Shown: piece by piece, positions 1 to 8,113 of the stretch
Position numbering within the stretch: position 1 is the first letter of the stretch
Layout of the letters: each line of letters opens with the position of its first letter
Origin: an uncultured Methylophilaceae bacterium
Lineage (GTDB): Bacteria; Pseudomonadota; Gammaproteobacteria; Burkholderiales; Methylophilaceae
Assembly (NCBI GenBank): GCA_964494575.1
Contig: CAZBSR010000001.1
Location: 1 to 32,450, forward strand
Length of the DNA stretch: 32,450 bases
Direction of reading: 5' to 3'
Program-made: the position numbers and the translations under genes
The notes under the pieces: model-generated
Database searches by the model: none
Told to the model about the DNA's origin: nothing
The model's input: only the letters and a program-made list of their open reading frames with translations

Positions 1-1423
1 CCAATATTCCGCCTACCGTCCTGAGCTGAGGACGATTGGCGCGTAAATTACTCGGCAATTTTTGCATTGCCTGTATCGCTTCATCGCGATTGGCATAGCT
101 ACCATACAGCACCGTTACGAACGGCCTGTTGCTAACCTTGGTACGAAATACGTACACATTATCCAGTTCTACCTGTGACGCAAGCGTCTTTAATCCGAGC
201 CTCAACTGGTCGTCATTGCCGTTGCCCATCAATTGGATACTCACCGTAGTAGCGGGCTGCTGGCTCAGCCAGTTTTTGGTGACGGCAAGGCGACGCTCAA
301 GAATATCGTCCGGCTCAGCTATCGGCGCTATCGGCGCCGTGGCTACAGGGCTGGCAGCAACGGGCGAAGCGGCTTCAGTAGCGCTCGTCTCTACCGCGGC
401 CTTGACCGGCTGCGCCTCCGCTATTGGCACGACTGAAACAGACTGTGCAGTCTGATCCGATTTTGTTTCCGCTTGAGCCACTGCCGCCGGGCCTTGCTGG
501 ACGGACTTGGCCGGCTGCCATTGATTGAACAGATACCCCACTATCAGTCCGATAGTCAGGGTTGCAGCAACACCAGCGTAGATCTGCTTGCCGGATTGGC
601 GCCGCACCTGCTCTGCCCCGAATTCACTATCGCGAATGGCAGCTCGCACCTGCTTCGGCGTCACCTGGTAAACGTTATCGGAGAAAGCCGAAAGCAACGA
701 TTTATCCGCCAGGATATTCACGCGGCGCACCAGCCCTTGTGCAGATTGTGCGATCATTTTTATGGCCGATTTGGAAAACAGGTGGGGACCGAAATACCCT
801 GCCGCCCGCAAGCGGAAAATCAGGTATTCGCCGATTTCGTTTTGGTCCAGGGGACCAAGATTGAAACTATGGGTTATGCGCTCCCTGAGCTGGCGGATCT
901 GGGTTTCGTTGAGATTAACATCCAGCTCGGGCTGGCCAAACAATACGATCTGCAGCAATTTATCGTACTTGGTTTCCAGGTTGGACAGCAGACGCATTTC
1001 TTCCAGGGTAGCCAACGGCATGCCCTGAGCTTCTTCAACGAAAATCACCACTTGTTTCCCATCTGCGTGGCGATCAACCAGGTATTTCTGCAACACCTGC
1101 ATGACCTGCAGGCGATCCGCATTTTTCGGCAGTTTTAATTGCAGTTCAAATGCAATGGCATGCAGGATATCTTCTGGTGCGACACTTGGGTTAGCCAGAT
1201 ATACGCTTTCGACCTTTTCCGGCAGCAAGGTTTGCAGCATGCGGCAAAGCATGGTCTTGCCGCTGCCGACCTCGCCCACCACCTTGATGATGCCTTCGCC
1301 GCTGGTAATCGCGTAAATCAGGGCGTCCAGAACCGCGCCACGGTTTCCGCCAGAAAAGAAAAATTCGGTATTCGGCGTGATTTTGAAGGGCGGCTCTTTA
1401 AGGCCAAAATGTGCGTAATACAC
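1..1423 (-). CDS. ExeA/MshM-like AAA+ ATPase joined by one TM helix to a periplasmic SPOR-like domain (C-terminus runs off the window)
   Basis: Absent from the ORF track because it is edge-truncated. Hand translation of the minus strand from GTG 1423..1421 gives MYYAHFGLKEPPFKITPNTEFFF. It has Walker A GEVGSGKT, Walker B-like VVIFVEEAQ, TM IYAGVAATLTIGLIVGYLF and an Ala/Pro-rich linker. The C-terminus is SPOR-like: TVSIQLMG...VTVLYGSYANRDEAIQAMQKLP...RPQLRTVGGI. The + strand ORFs at 129..1468 are antisense shadows. Confidence 0.8.
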   Translation of the reverse strand, partial: MYYAHFGLKEPPFKITPNTEFFFSGGNRGAVLDALIYAITSGEGIIKVVGEVGSGKTMLCRMLQTLLPEKVESVYLANPSVAPEDILHAIAFELQLKLPKNADRLQVMQVLQKYLVDRHADGKQVVIFVEEAQGMPLATLEEMRLLSNLETKYDKLLQIVLFGQPELDVNLNETQIRQLRERITHSFNLGPLDQNEIGEYLIFRLRAAGYFGPHLFSKSAIKMIAQSAQGLVRRVNILADKSLLSAFSDNVYQVTPKQVRAAIRDSEFGAEQVRRQSGKQIYAGVAATLTIGLIVGYLFNQWQPAKSVQQGPAAVAQAETKSDQTAQSVSVVPIAEAQPVKAAVETSATEAASPVAASPVATAPIAPIAEPDDILERRLAVTKNWLSQQPATTVSIQLMGNGNDDQLRLGLKTLASQVELDNVYVFRTKVSNRPFVTVLYGSYANRDEAIQAMQKLPSNLRANRPQLRTVGGIL

Positions 1424-1426
1424 CGT

Positions 1427-2857
1427 TTATTCCTTAAAATCTTCTTGCAGCTGCATCCGGCTATATAAGGTTGTGCGGTTGATACCCAGCAGTTTTGCCG
1501 CTTGGCTCAGATTGCCATGCGTGATTTTTAGCGCAGCATCGACGTAAGCCTTTTCCCAGGCTTTCAGCACATGGTCGAGATTAACATTCGCCTGAATCTG
1601 CAGATGACGATGTGCATGACTCGCCAAACCGCTCTCATCAGCCATTAGAGGTAGTTCGCTGCTGGAGGTTTGCTGCATCAGGTCCAGCTCGGCAACCAAT
1701 TGTGTATCGCTGACCAGTTGGCCGCCATATTTGGCCGTTAGCCGGATAATGATATTGCGAAGCTCCCGCACGTTACCGGGAAAGTGATAGCCGAGCCAGC
1801 GCTGGCTGGCTTTCTGGTCGAATTTGAAAGGCTCCTGCCCGGTCTCATGCGCATAGAATTTGCTGAAGTGCGCGAGCAGTAACAGGCGATCCTCATCCAG
1901 TTCGCGTAACGGCGGAACGCGCACCGAAAAAACGCTGAGGCGATGGTAAAGATCGATACGAAAATGTGACGCGCGCACTTCTTCGCGCAAATCACGATTG
2001 GTTGCCGCAATGATGCGAGCTTTGCTGCGCCGGCTTTGCGTTTCTCCGATGCGTTGGTATTCGCCATTTTCCAATACACGCAGCAGTTTTGCCTGTAGCT
2101 CCAGCGGCAATTCGCCGATTTCATCGAGGAATAAGGTGCCTTCACCTGCATCTTCAAAATAGCCGGTATGTGCATTGGCAGCGCCGGTGAACGCGCCTTT
2201 GCCGTGACCAAACAGGATAGACTCTGCGAGCGTAGGCGAAATGGCCGCACAATTGACCGAAAGATAAGGTTGCTGCGAACGGCGGCTGAGGCGATGCAAA
2301 CAGGCTGCCACCAGCTCTTTGCCGCTCCCAGACTCACCTTCGATCAACACTGGAAAAGGCGCGTCGGCAAACTGGGCAATCTGGGTGCGTAAGGTCTGCA
2401 TGGGCAAACTATCGCCCAACAACCCACAGCCATCCTGCTCGCGCAGGCCTTCGCCAAGCTCCGCATCCTGCAATTTGAGCGCATTTTGCAGTAGCTCTTT
2501 CAAACGCTCCACATCGCAGGGCTTGGGTATGAAATCCACCGCTCCCAAAGCCAGGGCATGCTTAACGTTCACTTCTTCATTCTGGCCGGAAAGCACCAGA
2601 ATCTTCATCGTGGGCGAATGTGCGAGCAACTCGCCGATCATCTTGAAACCTTCATCCGGCTTGTGCGGTACGGGCGGCAGGCCCAGATCCACCAGCGCCA
2701 GCGAAGGCGGCGATTCAAGCTGGCGTAACAGGCTTTTGGCCTGCTCTCTCGACTCGGCCACATACACATCAAAATGCTTGCCCAGAACGTAATGTAATGT
2801 GTCGGTGATTAAAGGATCGTCATCAATAATAATAAGGACAGGGTCTTGGGCGGCCAT
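1427..2857 (-). CDS. sigma-54-dependent response regulator (NtrC family; receiver domain resembles PrsR / PEP-CTERM-box regulators)
   Basis: Receiver domain with IIIDDD and the phospho-acceptor context LALVDLGLPP. AAA+ core with Walker A GESGSGKE and the sigma-54 contact loop GAFTGA. C-terminal Fis-type HTH GNLSQAAKLLGINRTTLYSRM. Confidence 0.9.
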   Translation of the reverse strand: MAAQDPVLIIIDDDPLITDTLHYVLGKHFDVYVAESREQAKSLLRQLESPPSLALVDLGLPPVPHKPDEGFKMIGELLAHSPTMKILVLSGQNEEVNVKHALALGAVDFIPKPCDVERLKELLQNALKLQDAELGEGLREQDGCGLLGDSLPMQTLRTQIAQFADAPFPVLIEGESGSGKELVAACLHRLSRRSQQPYLSVNCAAISPTLAESILFGHGKGAFTGAANAHTGYFEDAGEGTLFLDEIGELPLELQAKLLRVLENGEYQRIGETQSRRSKARIIAATNRDLREEVRASHFRIDLYHRLSVFSVRVPPLRELDEDRLLLLAHFSKFYAHETGQEPFKFDQKASQRWLGYHFPGNVRELRNIIIRLTAKYGGQLVSDTQLVAELDLMQQTSSSELPLMADESGLASHAHRHLQIQANVNLDHVLKAWEKAYVDAALKITHGNLSQAAKLLGINRTTLYSRMQLQEDFKE

Positions 2858-2975
2858 CAGACATGCTCTCCGCGAGAGATAATATGGAAGTGAGCCGTAG
2901 GAAAATTCATGACGCTACTATAGCCGCAATGGCGCATGGTATCAATTGCGCAAGGCTATAAAGTATATGGGGAAA

Positions 2976-3052
2976 TGGGGTGGCCGATGGGGCTCGAACC
3001 CACGACAACAGGAATCACAATCCTGGACTCTACCAACTGAGCTACGGCCACC
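2976..3052 (-). tRNA. tRNA-His (anticodon GTG)
   Basis: Minus-strand read: G-1 + GTGGCCG TA GCTC AGTTGGTA GAGT ... CAGGA TTGTGAT TCCTG ... GGGTTCGAGCCCC ... CGGCCAC C CCA. The extra 5' G pairing with C73 is typical of tRNA-His, and CCA is encoded. Confidence 0.9.
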
Positions 3053-3103
3053 GTTGAACTTAAAATCGCTGAATCTGCTTCACCGAACCAACATTGCAAA
3101 GCT

Positions 3104-3180
3104 TGGCCTGCCCGACAGGAATCGAACCTGTAACCCCCAGCTTAGAAGGCTGGTGCTCTATCCGGTTGAGCTACGGGCAG
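3104..3180 (-). tRNA. tRNA-Arg (anticodon TCT)
   Basis: Minus-strand read: CTGCCCG TA GCTC AACCGGATA GAGC A CCAGC CTTCTAA GCTGG ... ACAGG TTCGATT CCTGT CGGGCAG G CCA. This folds as a cloverleaf with the anticodon loop CT-TCT-AA. Confidence 0.9.
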
Positions 3181-3205
3181 ATTGTCGGGCAATCTTAAAA
3201 GTATC

Positions 3206-3282
3206 TGGTCGGGGTGGAGAGATTCGAACTCCCGACATCCTGCTCCCAAAGCAGGCGCGCTACCAGGCTACGCTACACCCCG
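3206..3282 (-). tRNA. tRNA-Pro (anticodon TGG)
   Basis: Minus-strand read: CGGGGTG TA GCGT AGCCTGGTA GCGC G CCTGC TTTGGGA GCAGG ATGTC GGGAG TTCGAAT CTCTC CACCCCG A CCA. Confidence 0.9.
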
Positions 3283-3291
3283 AGGGCGGAG

Positions 3292-3320
3292 AATATAACG
3301 TAATCGAAGCTCTTGGTCAA
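3292..3320 (-). promoter_or_regulatory. sigma-70-type promoter of the tRNA Pro-Arg-His operon
   Basis: Minus strand reads TTGACC (3320..3315), a 17-nt spacer, then TATATT (3297..3292). A GC-rich discriminator CTCCGCC follows, about 9 nt before the tRNA-Pro 5' end. This is a stable-RNA promoter layout. Confidence 0.5.
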
Positions 3321-3378
3321 TTCTAATATTTGGAAATAGCCTGCTAAAATGTCGGATTAAACGACAAGAATAATTTCC

Positions 3379-4236
3379 ATGTCTGCTCAAATCATCGACG
3401 GCAAAGCCATTGCCGATAATATGTTGAATGAAATCAAGGCCAAGATCGAGAGCCGCACGGCAAATGGCCTGCGTGCGCCTACTCTGGCCGTTATCCTGGT
3501 TGGCGAGGACCCGGCTTCCGGCATATATGTACGCAATAAGCGCCTCGCTTGCGAAAAAGTCGGCATCAGGTCCCTCGCATATAATTTACCGATATCGACC
3601 ACCGAAGCGGAACTGCTCGCGCTGATTGAGCGGCTCAATGTCGATAACGAAGTTGACGGCATCCTGGTTCAGGCACCGCTACCACCTCAGATTGAAGACG
3701 AGCGGGTTATCGAGAAAATAAGCCCGCTCAAGGATGTTGATGGGTTCCATCCATACAATATCGGCAGGCTTGCCGTACGCCAGCCCACTCTGCGCTCCTG
3801 CACACCTTTTGGTGTCATCAAACTGCTGCAAGCCAGCAACATTGAGTTAATGGGGCTGGATGCGGTTGTGGTCGGCGTTTCCAATCATGTCGGGCGACCC
3901 ATGGTGCTGGAACTCTTACTTGCCGGCTGTACCGTCACCTGTTGTCATCGCCATACAAAAAATCTGGCTGGGGCTGTGGCCCAGGCTGATTTAGTGGTCG
4001 CCGCTGCCGGGAAAGCCGGGCTGATTCAGGGCGACTGGATCAAACCGGGCGCTATCGTGGTAGACATCGGCATCAATCGCCAGGCAGATGGCCGCATTTG
4101 CGGCGATGTAGATTTTGCCAAAGCGAAAGAGCGTGTCGCCTGGATTACCCCTGTACCCGGCGGTGTGGGGCCAATGACGGTTGCCACCCTGATGGAAAAC
4201 ACTCTGCTGGCTCTGGAACTGCGCGAATCGTCCTGA
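3379..4236 (+). CDS. folD: bifunctional methylenetetrahydrofolate dehydrogenase/cyclohydrolase
   Basis: 285 aa starting [12 protein letters not shown], with [40 protein letters not shown] and [19 protein letters not shown]. Confidence 0.95.
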   Translation: MSAQIIDGKAIADNMLNEIKAKIESRTANGLRAPTLAVILVGEDPASGIYVRNKRLACEKVGIRSLAYNLPISTTEAELLALIERLNVDNEVDGILVQAPLPPQIEDERVIEKISPLKDVDGFHPYNIGRLAVRQPTLRSCTPFGVIKLLQASNIELMGLDAVVVGVSNHVGRPMVLELLLAGCTVTCCHRHTKNLAGAVAQADLVVAAAGKAGLIQGDWIKPGAIVVDIGINRQADGRICGDVDFAKAKERVAWITPVPGGVGPMTVATLMENTLLALELRESS

Positions 4237-4393
4237 GCAGATATATGCTCTCTCATGCGCTAGGGTCTTATTTCAAAACAATAATTGCCCATAATTGCCT
4301 ACTGGACATTATTTCTATTCGTAGTACACTTGCCTGCCTTTATTTTCTTTAACCACTAGGGACTATCCCTAAACGATAGACGGGCGAGTACAC

Positions 4394-4816
4394 ATGGCTG
4401 AAGTAATTTCACGACAATTCACTCCTTATCAGGCAAAAGCCAATGAGGAATATATGAATGAGAAACAGCTCGACCATTTCCGCAAGATCCTTAACGACTG
4501 GAAAGCCGAGCTGAGCAATGACATTGACCGCACCGTGCATACTATGCAGGATGAGGTAACAATGTTTGCCGACCCAAACGATCGCGCCAGCCAGGAATCC
4601 GATATGGCGCTGGAACTGCGTAACCGCGACCGTGAGCGCAAGCTGATCAAGAAGATTAATGAAACCCTTGCCAACATCCAGCAGGGTGAATACGGCTATT
4701 GCAGCAGTTGCGGTGTAGAGATCGGCCTCAAGCGCCTGGAAGCTCGGCCGACTGCTACGCAGTGCATCGATTGCAAAACCCTGGATGAAATCCGCGAAAA
4801 ACAGGTCGCAAAATAG
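4394..4816 (+). CDS. dksA: RNA polymerase-binding transcription factor DksA
   Basis: 140 aa. Coiled-coil tip DPNDRASQE (DxxDxA) and a C4 zinc finger [25 protein letters not shown]. Confidence 0.95.
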   Translation: MAEVISRQFTPYQAKANEEYMNEKQLDHFRKILNDWKAELSNDIDRTVHTMQDEVTMFADPNDRASQESDMALELRNRDRERKLIKKINETLANIQQGEYGYCSSCGVEIGLKRLEARPTATQCIDCKTLDEIREKQVAK

Positions 4817-4833
4817 CCTCCTCTCTCGCAGAC

Positions 4834-4867
4834 AAAAAGGGTTAACGATAAATCGTTAACCCTTTTT
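4834..4867 (+). terminator. rho-independent terminator after dksA
   Basis: AAAAAGGGTTAACG-ataaat-CGTTAACCCTTTTT: a perfect GC/AT stem followed by a T-run, 18 nt after the dksA stop. Confidence 0.8.
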
Positions 4868-4939
4868 CATTTCAGCTCAGGAATATCTTTCACAGCCAAG
4901 TTAGACTTGGCTCACTTGCATCAATATGGATAGAAAAAC

Positions 4940-5350
4940 ATGGCATGTGAATTATGCGATACAACAGGCGGCGAATTGATCTGGCAGGATAGTTTATGCC
5001 GCGTGGTGCGGCTCGACGACTCTGATTATCCGGGTTTTTGCCGAGTTGTCCTAAACCGGCATACTAAAGAAATGACCGATCTTGCACCGGCGGATCGCGC
5101 TTCCCTGATGCATGTAGTTTTTGCTATAGAACAGGCGATACGCGAAGTATTACGGCCGGACAAAATCAACCTTGCCAGTCTTGGCAATAAAACACCGCAT
5201 TTGCATTGGCACGTGATTCCGCGCTTTAATCATGACAGGACTTTTCCCAATCCCATCTGGGGCGAACCGACACAGGAGCCTTTACTGCGGCAACTGGATT
5301 CAGACATGAGCGCAAGGCTCAAAGCCGCCATCAACGCCTTATTAAACTAG
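4940..5350 (+). CDS. HIT (histidine triad) family protein
   Basis: 136 aa with the histidine triad HLHWHVIPR. Confidence 0.85.
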   Translation: MACELCDTTGGELIWQDSLCRVVRLDDSDYPGFCRVVLNRHTKEMTDLAPADRASLMHVVFAIEQAIREVLRPDKINLASLGNKTPHLHWHVIPRFNHDRTFPNPIWGEPTQEPLLRQLDSDMSARLKAAINALLN

Positions 5351-5353
5351 CAG

Positions 5354-5674
5354 TTAAATTAGCAAGCGCTCCACAACCTTGCCATTCAAAAGGTGGGATT
5401 CAATGATCTCATCGATATCTTCGTTATCGACGAAGGTATACCACACCGCCGCCGGGTAGATCACCATTAGCGGCCCCTCCGAACAACGGTCCAGGCAACC
5501 GGCACGGTTCACCCGCACTTTATCCTTGCCATTCAGCCTGAGCGCCTTGACCCTGGATTTCATGTAATCGAATGCCGCCTCCGCGCCATGGTCGGTGCAG
5601 CATGCGGAACCATCGTCGCGCTTGTTGAGACAAAAGAATATGTGGTGCTGGTAGTAGTTACTCGTTGTATTCAT
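5354..5674 (-). CDS. thioredoxin-like [2Fe-2S] ferredoxin family protein
   Basis: 106 aa. Cys ligand pattern FFCLNKRDDGSACC ... AGCLDRCSEGPLMVIYP. Confidence 0.7.
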   Translation of the reverse strand: MNTTSNYYQHHIFFCLNKRDDGSACCTDHGAEAAFDYMKSRVKALRLNGKDKVRVNRAGCLDRCSEGPLMVIYPAAVWYTFVDNEDIDEIIESHLLNGKVVERLLI

Positions 5675-5692
5675 GCTTATCTGCGGTTATGT

Positions 5693-6664
5693 TTACTCAC
5701 TGGCGAGGCTGTCGGCCTTGGTAAAGGTCCATGTACGGGTGATGCTGAGGATATCCGTGTCCTTGCGTATATCTTCAGAAAACGCAGCATAGGGGGACGC
5801 CATCTCTACGATGCGCCGCGCTGCATCATCCAGTATTTTATACCCTGAGCTTTCATTGATTTCGACATTTTCGATGCTGCCATCGGCCTTGATCGAAACA
5901 GTCATACGTAACCGGCCATACAGCTTTTGGTCCTTTGCGGCTTCGGGATAGTTCAGATTGCCAATCTTTTCCACTTTCTGCCGCCATGCTTCCACGTAAG
6001 TCGCAAACCGGTATTCCTGGGTGCGTGCGCCAACGAATTTACGTTTCGGGCGCTTCTGGTATTCATCCTGCTGCTTGGCGATCTGCGCTTCCAGGCGCGC
6101 CATTTCGAGGCTGGTTGCCCTTAGATCGAGTCCGCTGACGACCTTTGCAGCATCCTCCTGTTTGCCTTTTTCCGGCTCCAGGGCGGCGGCTTTTTGAACC
6201 GTCTGCGTTTCCACTTTCTTCTGCGCCTGCAATTGCGTCATCAATTCCTGCGCTTCTTTTTCCAGCTTGGCTACTCGCTGTTGCTTGCGTTCCGCTTCTG
6301 CTTCCGCTTTTGCCAGTTTGGCTGCCTGCTTCGCCTCCGCAGCTGGCTTCAAGGTAGCCTCGGTGGGCTTCTTGTTGGGCGGCGGCAGCGCGGATTTCAT
6401 TTTACGGTTGTCTTCGGTATTGCCGCCACGATCCAGGTTAGCCTGGGCTAGCGCATCAGCCTTGGTCGGCGCCTCTTTGGTCTTGGCATTGACCAGCACT
6501 ATTTCCAGAGGCGGCATCTTGTCTTTAAAGAACTTCAAGTCTGGCGGCTCAAACGTCACGGCGACGATCACCACCAGATGCAAAGTGGCAGACACCAGCA
6601 AGGTGATGCCCAGCGTATCAAGCGATTTCAGCATGCCCAGTAATTTCAGAGCGAGGTGATTCAA
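5693..6664 (-). CDS. TonB-family protein (TM with S-x3-H, long Lys/Ala/Glu coiled-coil linker, TonB-C-like domain)
   Basis: TM LLVSATLHLVVIVAV carries the S-x3-H motif. The C-terminus is LYGRLRMTVSIKADGSIENVEINESSGYKILDDAARRIVEMASPYAAF. The track start is TTG 6664, which overlaps the mpl stop (TTGA). The first ATG is at 6634, so the start is uncertain. Confidence 0.75.
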   Translation of the reverse strand: MNHLALKLLGMLKSLDTLGITLLVSATLHLVVIVAVTFEPPDLKFFKDKMPPLEIVLVNAKTKEAPTKADALAQANLDRGGNTEDNRKMKSALPPPNKKPTEATLKPAAEAKQAAKLAKAEAEAERKQQRVAKLEKEAQELMTQLQAQKKVETQTVQKAAALEPEKGKQEDAAKVVSGLDLRATSLEMARLEAQIAKQQDEYQKRPKRKFVGARTQEYRFATYVEAWRQKVEKIGNLNYPEAAKDQKLYGRLRMTVSIKADGSIENVEINESSGYKILDDAARRIVEMASPYAAFSEDIRKDTDILSITRTWTFTKADSLASE

Positions 6665-8034
6665 GCCTGCAGCCTCGCCAGCAGTTTTTGGTGGACTCCG
6701 CCGAAGCCGCCGTTGCTCATGACCAGTATATGATCGCCAGGTCTCGCCTCGGCAGCCACGGCCTCTACAAGGCGCATCAAGTCGTCGTGCACACTCGCTT
6801 TTTCCTTGATAGGCATGAGCGCCTCGGCAGCATCCCAGCCCAGGTTGGCGCCGTAGCAGAATACCTTGTCGGCCTCTGCCAAGCTGGCTGGCAAGGCATT
6901 TTTCATTACGCCCAGCTTCATGGTATTGGAGCGCGGCTCCAATACCGCCAGGATGCGGGCCTTGCCAACCTTGGCGCGCAGGCCTTCGACGGTGGTCGTA
7001 ATCGCCGTGGGGTGATGGGCAAAATCATCGTAGATGGTGATACCGTTGGCAACACCATAGATTTCCATGCGGCGTTTCACGTTCTTGAATTCGCTTAAAG
7101 CCGTAATCGCCACATCAGAGGAGACGCCCACATGACGTGCTGCCGCGAGGGCAGCCAGGGCATTCATGCGATTATGTTCGCCTAGCAGCTCCCATTGCAC
7201 CCTTCCTTGCAGCCGATCATTGAAAGTAACATCAAAGCTGCCATCGGCATCAATATCGCTGGCCTGCCAGCCGGCCTTATTGCCGAATGATTCGACCGGC
7301 GTCCAGCAGCCGCGCCGGATAACGCGCTCGAGGCTATCCTCTTTTGCATTGCTTACTATCAGGCCGCTACCGGGAACGGTACGCACCAAGTGGTGAAACT
7401 GAGTCTCTATGGCAGCCAGGTTCTCGAATATGTCTGCATGATCGAATTCGAGATTATTCAGGACGGCAGTGCGCGGGCGGTAATGTACGAATTTCGAGCG
7501 CTTGTCGAAAAAGGCTGTGTCGTATTCATCGGCCTCGATTACAAAAAAAGGCGAGAGGCTATTTGAATCCTGTCTTGGTACGCCGGGCAAGCGTGCTGAA
7601 ATATCGAAATTCTGAGGAACACCGCCAATAAGGAACCCAGGTGCCAGACCTGCATATTCCAGCATCCAGGCCAGCATGGAACTGGTAGTGGTTTTGCCAT
7701 GCGTGCCCGCCACAGCCAATACCCACTTGCCCTGCAGGACATTCTCCGCCAGCCATTGCGGCCCCGAGATATAAGGCAGGCCGCGATTGAGTATCTCCTC
7801 CATCAAGGGGTTGCCACGCGAAACGACGTTACCGATAACGTAAATATCGGGATTGAGGCTGATCTGTTCCGGAGAGAAACCCTCGATCAATTCGATACCC
7901 TGCGCCTCCAACTGGGTGCTCATCGGAGGATAAACGTTCGCATCGCAGCCAGTGACTTTATGTCCGGCCTGTTTGGCCAGGGCAGCGATGCCGCCCATAA
8001 AGGTGCCGCAAATGCCTAGAATATGGATGTGCAT
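6661..8034 (-). CDS. mpl: UDP-N-acetylmuramate:L-alanyl-gamma-D-glutamyl-meso-diaminopimelate ligase
   Basis: 457 aa starting MHIHILGICGTFMGGIAALA, with the Mur ligase P-loop AVAGTHGKTTTSSML. Confidence 0.9.
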   Translation of the reverse strand: MHIHILGICGTFMGGIAALAKQAGHKVTGCDANVYPPMSTQLEAQGIELIEGFSPEQISLNPDIYVIGNVVSRGNPLMEEILNRGLPYISGPQWLAENVLQGKWVLAVAGTHGKTTTSSMLAWMLEYAGLAPGFLIGGVPQNFDISARLPGVPRQDSNSLSPFFVIEADEYDTAFFDKRSKFVHYRPRTAVLNNLEFDHADIFENLAAIETQFHHLVRTVPGSGLIVSNAKEDSLERVIRRGCWTPVESFGNKAGWQASDIDADGSFDVTFNDRLQGRVQWELLGEHNRMNALAALAAARHVGVSSDVAITALSEFKNVKRRMEIYGVANGITIYDDFAHHPTAITTTVEGLRAKVGKARILAVLEPRSNTMKLGVMKNALPASLAEADKVFCYGANLGWDAAEALMPIKEKASVHDDLMRLVEAVAAEARPGDHILVMSNGGFGGVHQKLLARLQA

Positions 8035-8113
8035 CCAGGACCTTAATTAACGTGATTAGTTAAATTATTGTAGCAAAACCCTAGTTTATAAGCACATTTT
8101 TATAAAAAATCCA

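Noticed and set aside
129-1468. Several + strand track ORFs (129..455, 473..1138, 562..864, 1139..1468 and others)
   Set aside because: They are antisense shadows of the minus-strand ExeA-like gene. That gene has clear Walker motifs and a SPOR-like end, whereas the + strand products are low-complexity, Arg/Ser-rich and have no motifs.
2946-3326. 126-aa + strand ORF
   Set aside because: It lies entirely over three well-folded minus-strand tRNA genes (His, Arg, Pro), so it is spurious.
5348-5356. Convergent stops only 3-4 nt apart with no terminator (HIT/ferredoxin here; also Gx/TonB-like at 21975..21984)
   Set aside because: This is common in compact genomes and no hairpin or regulatory element is visible. 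I noted it only as a sign of tight packing.
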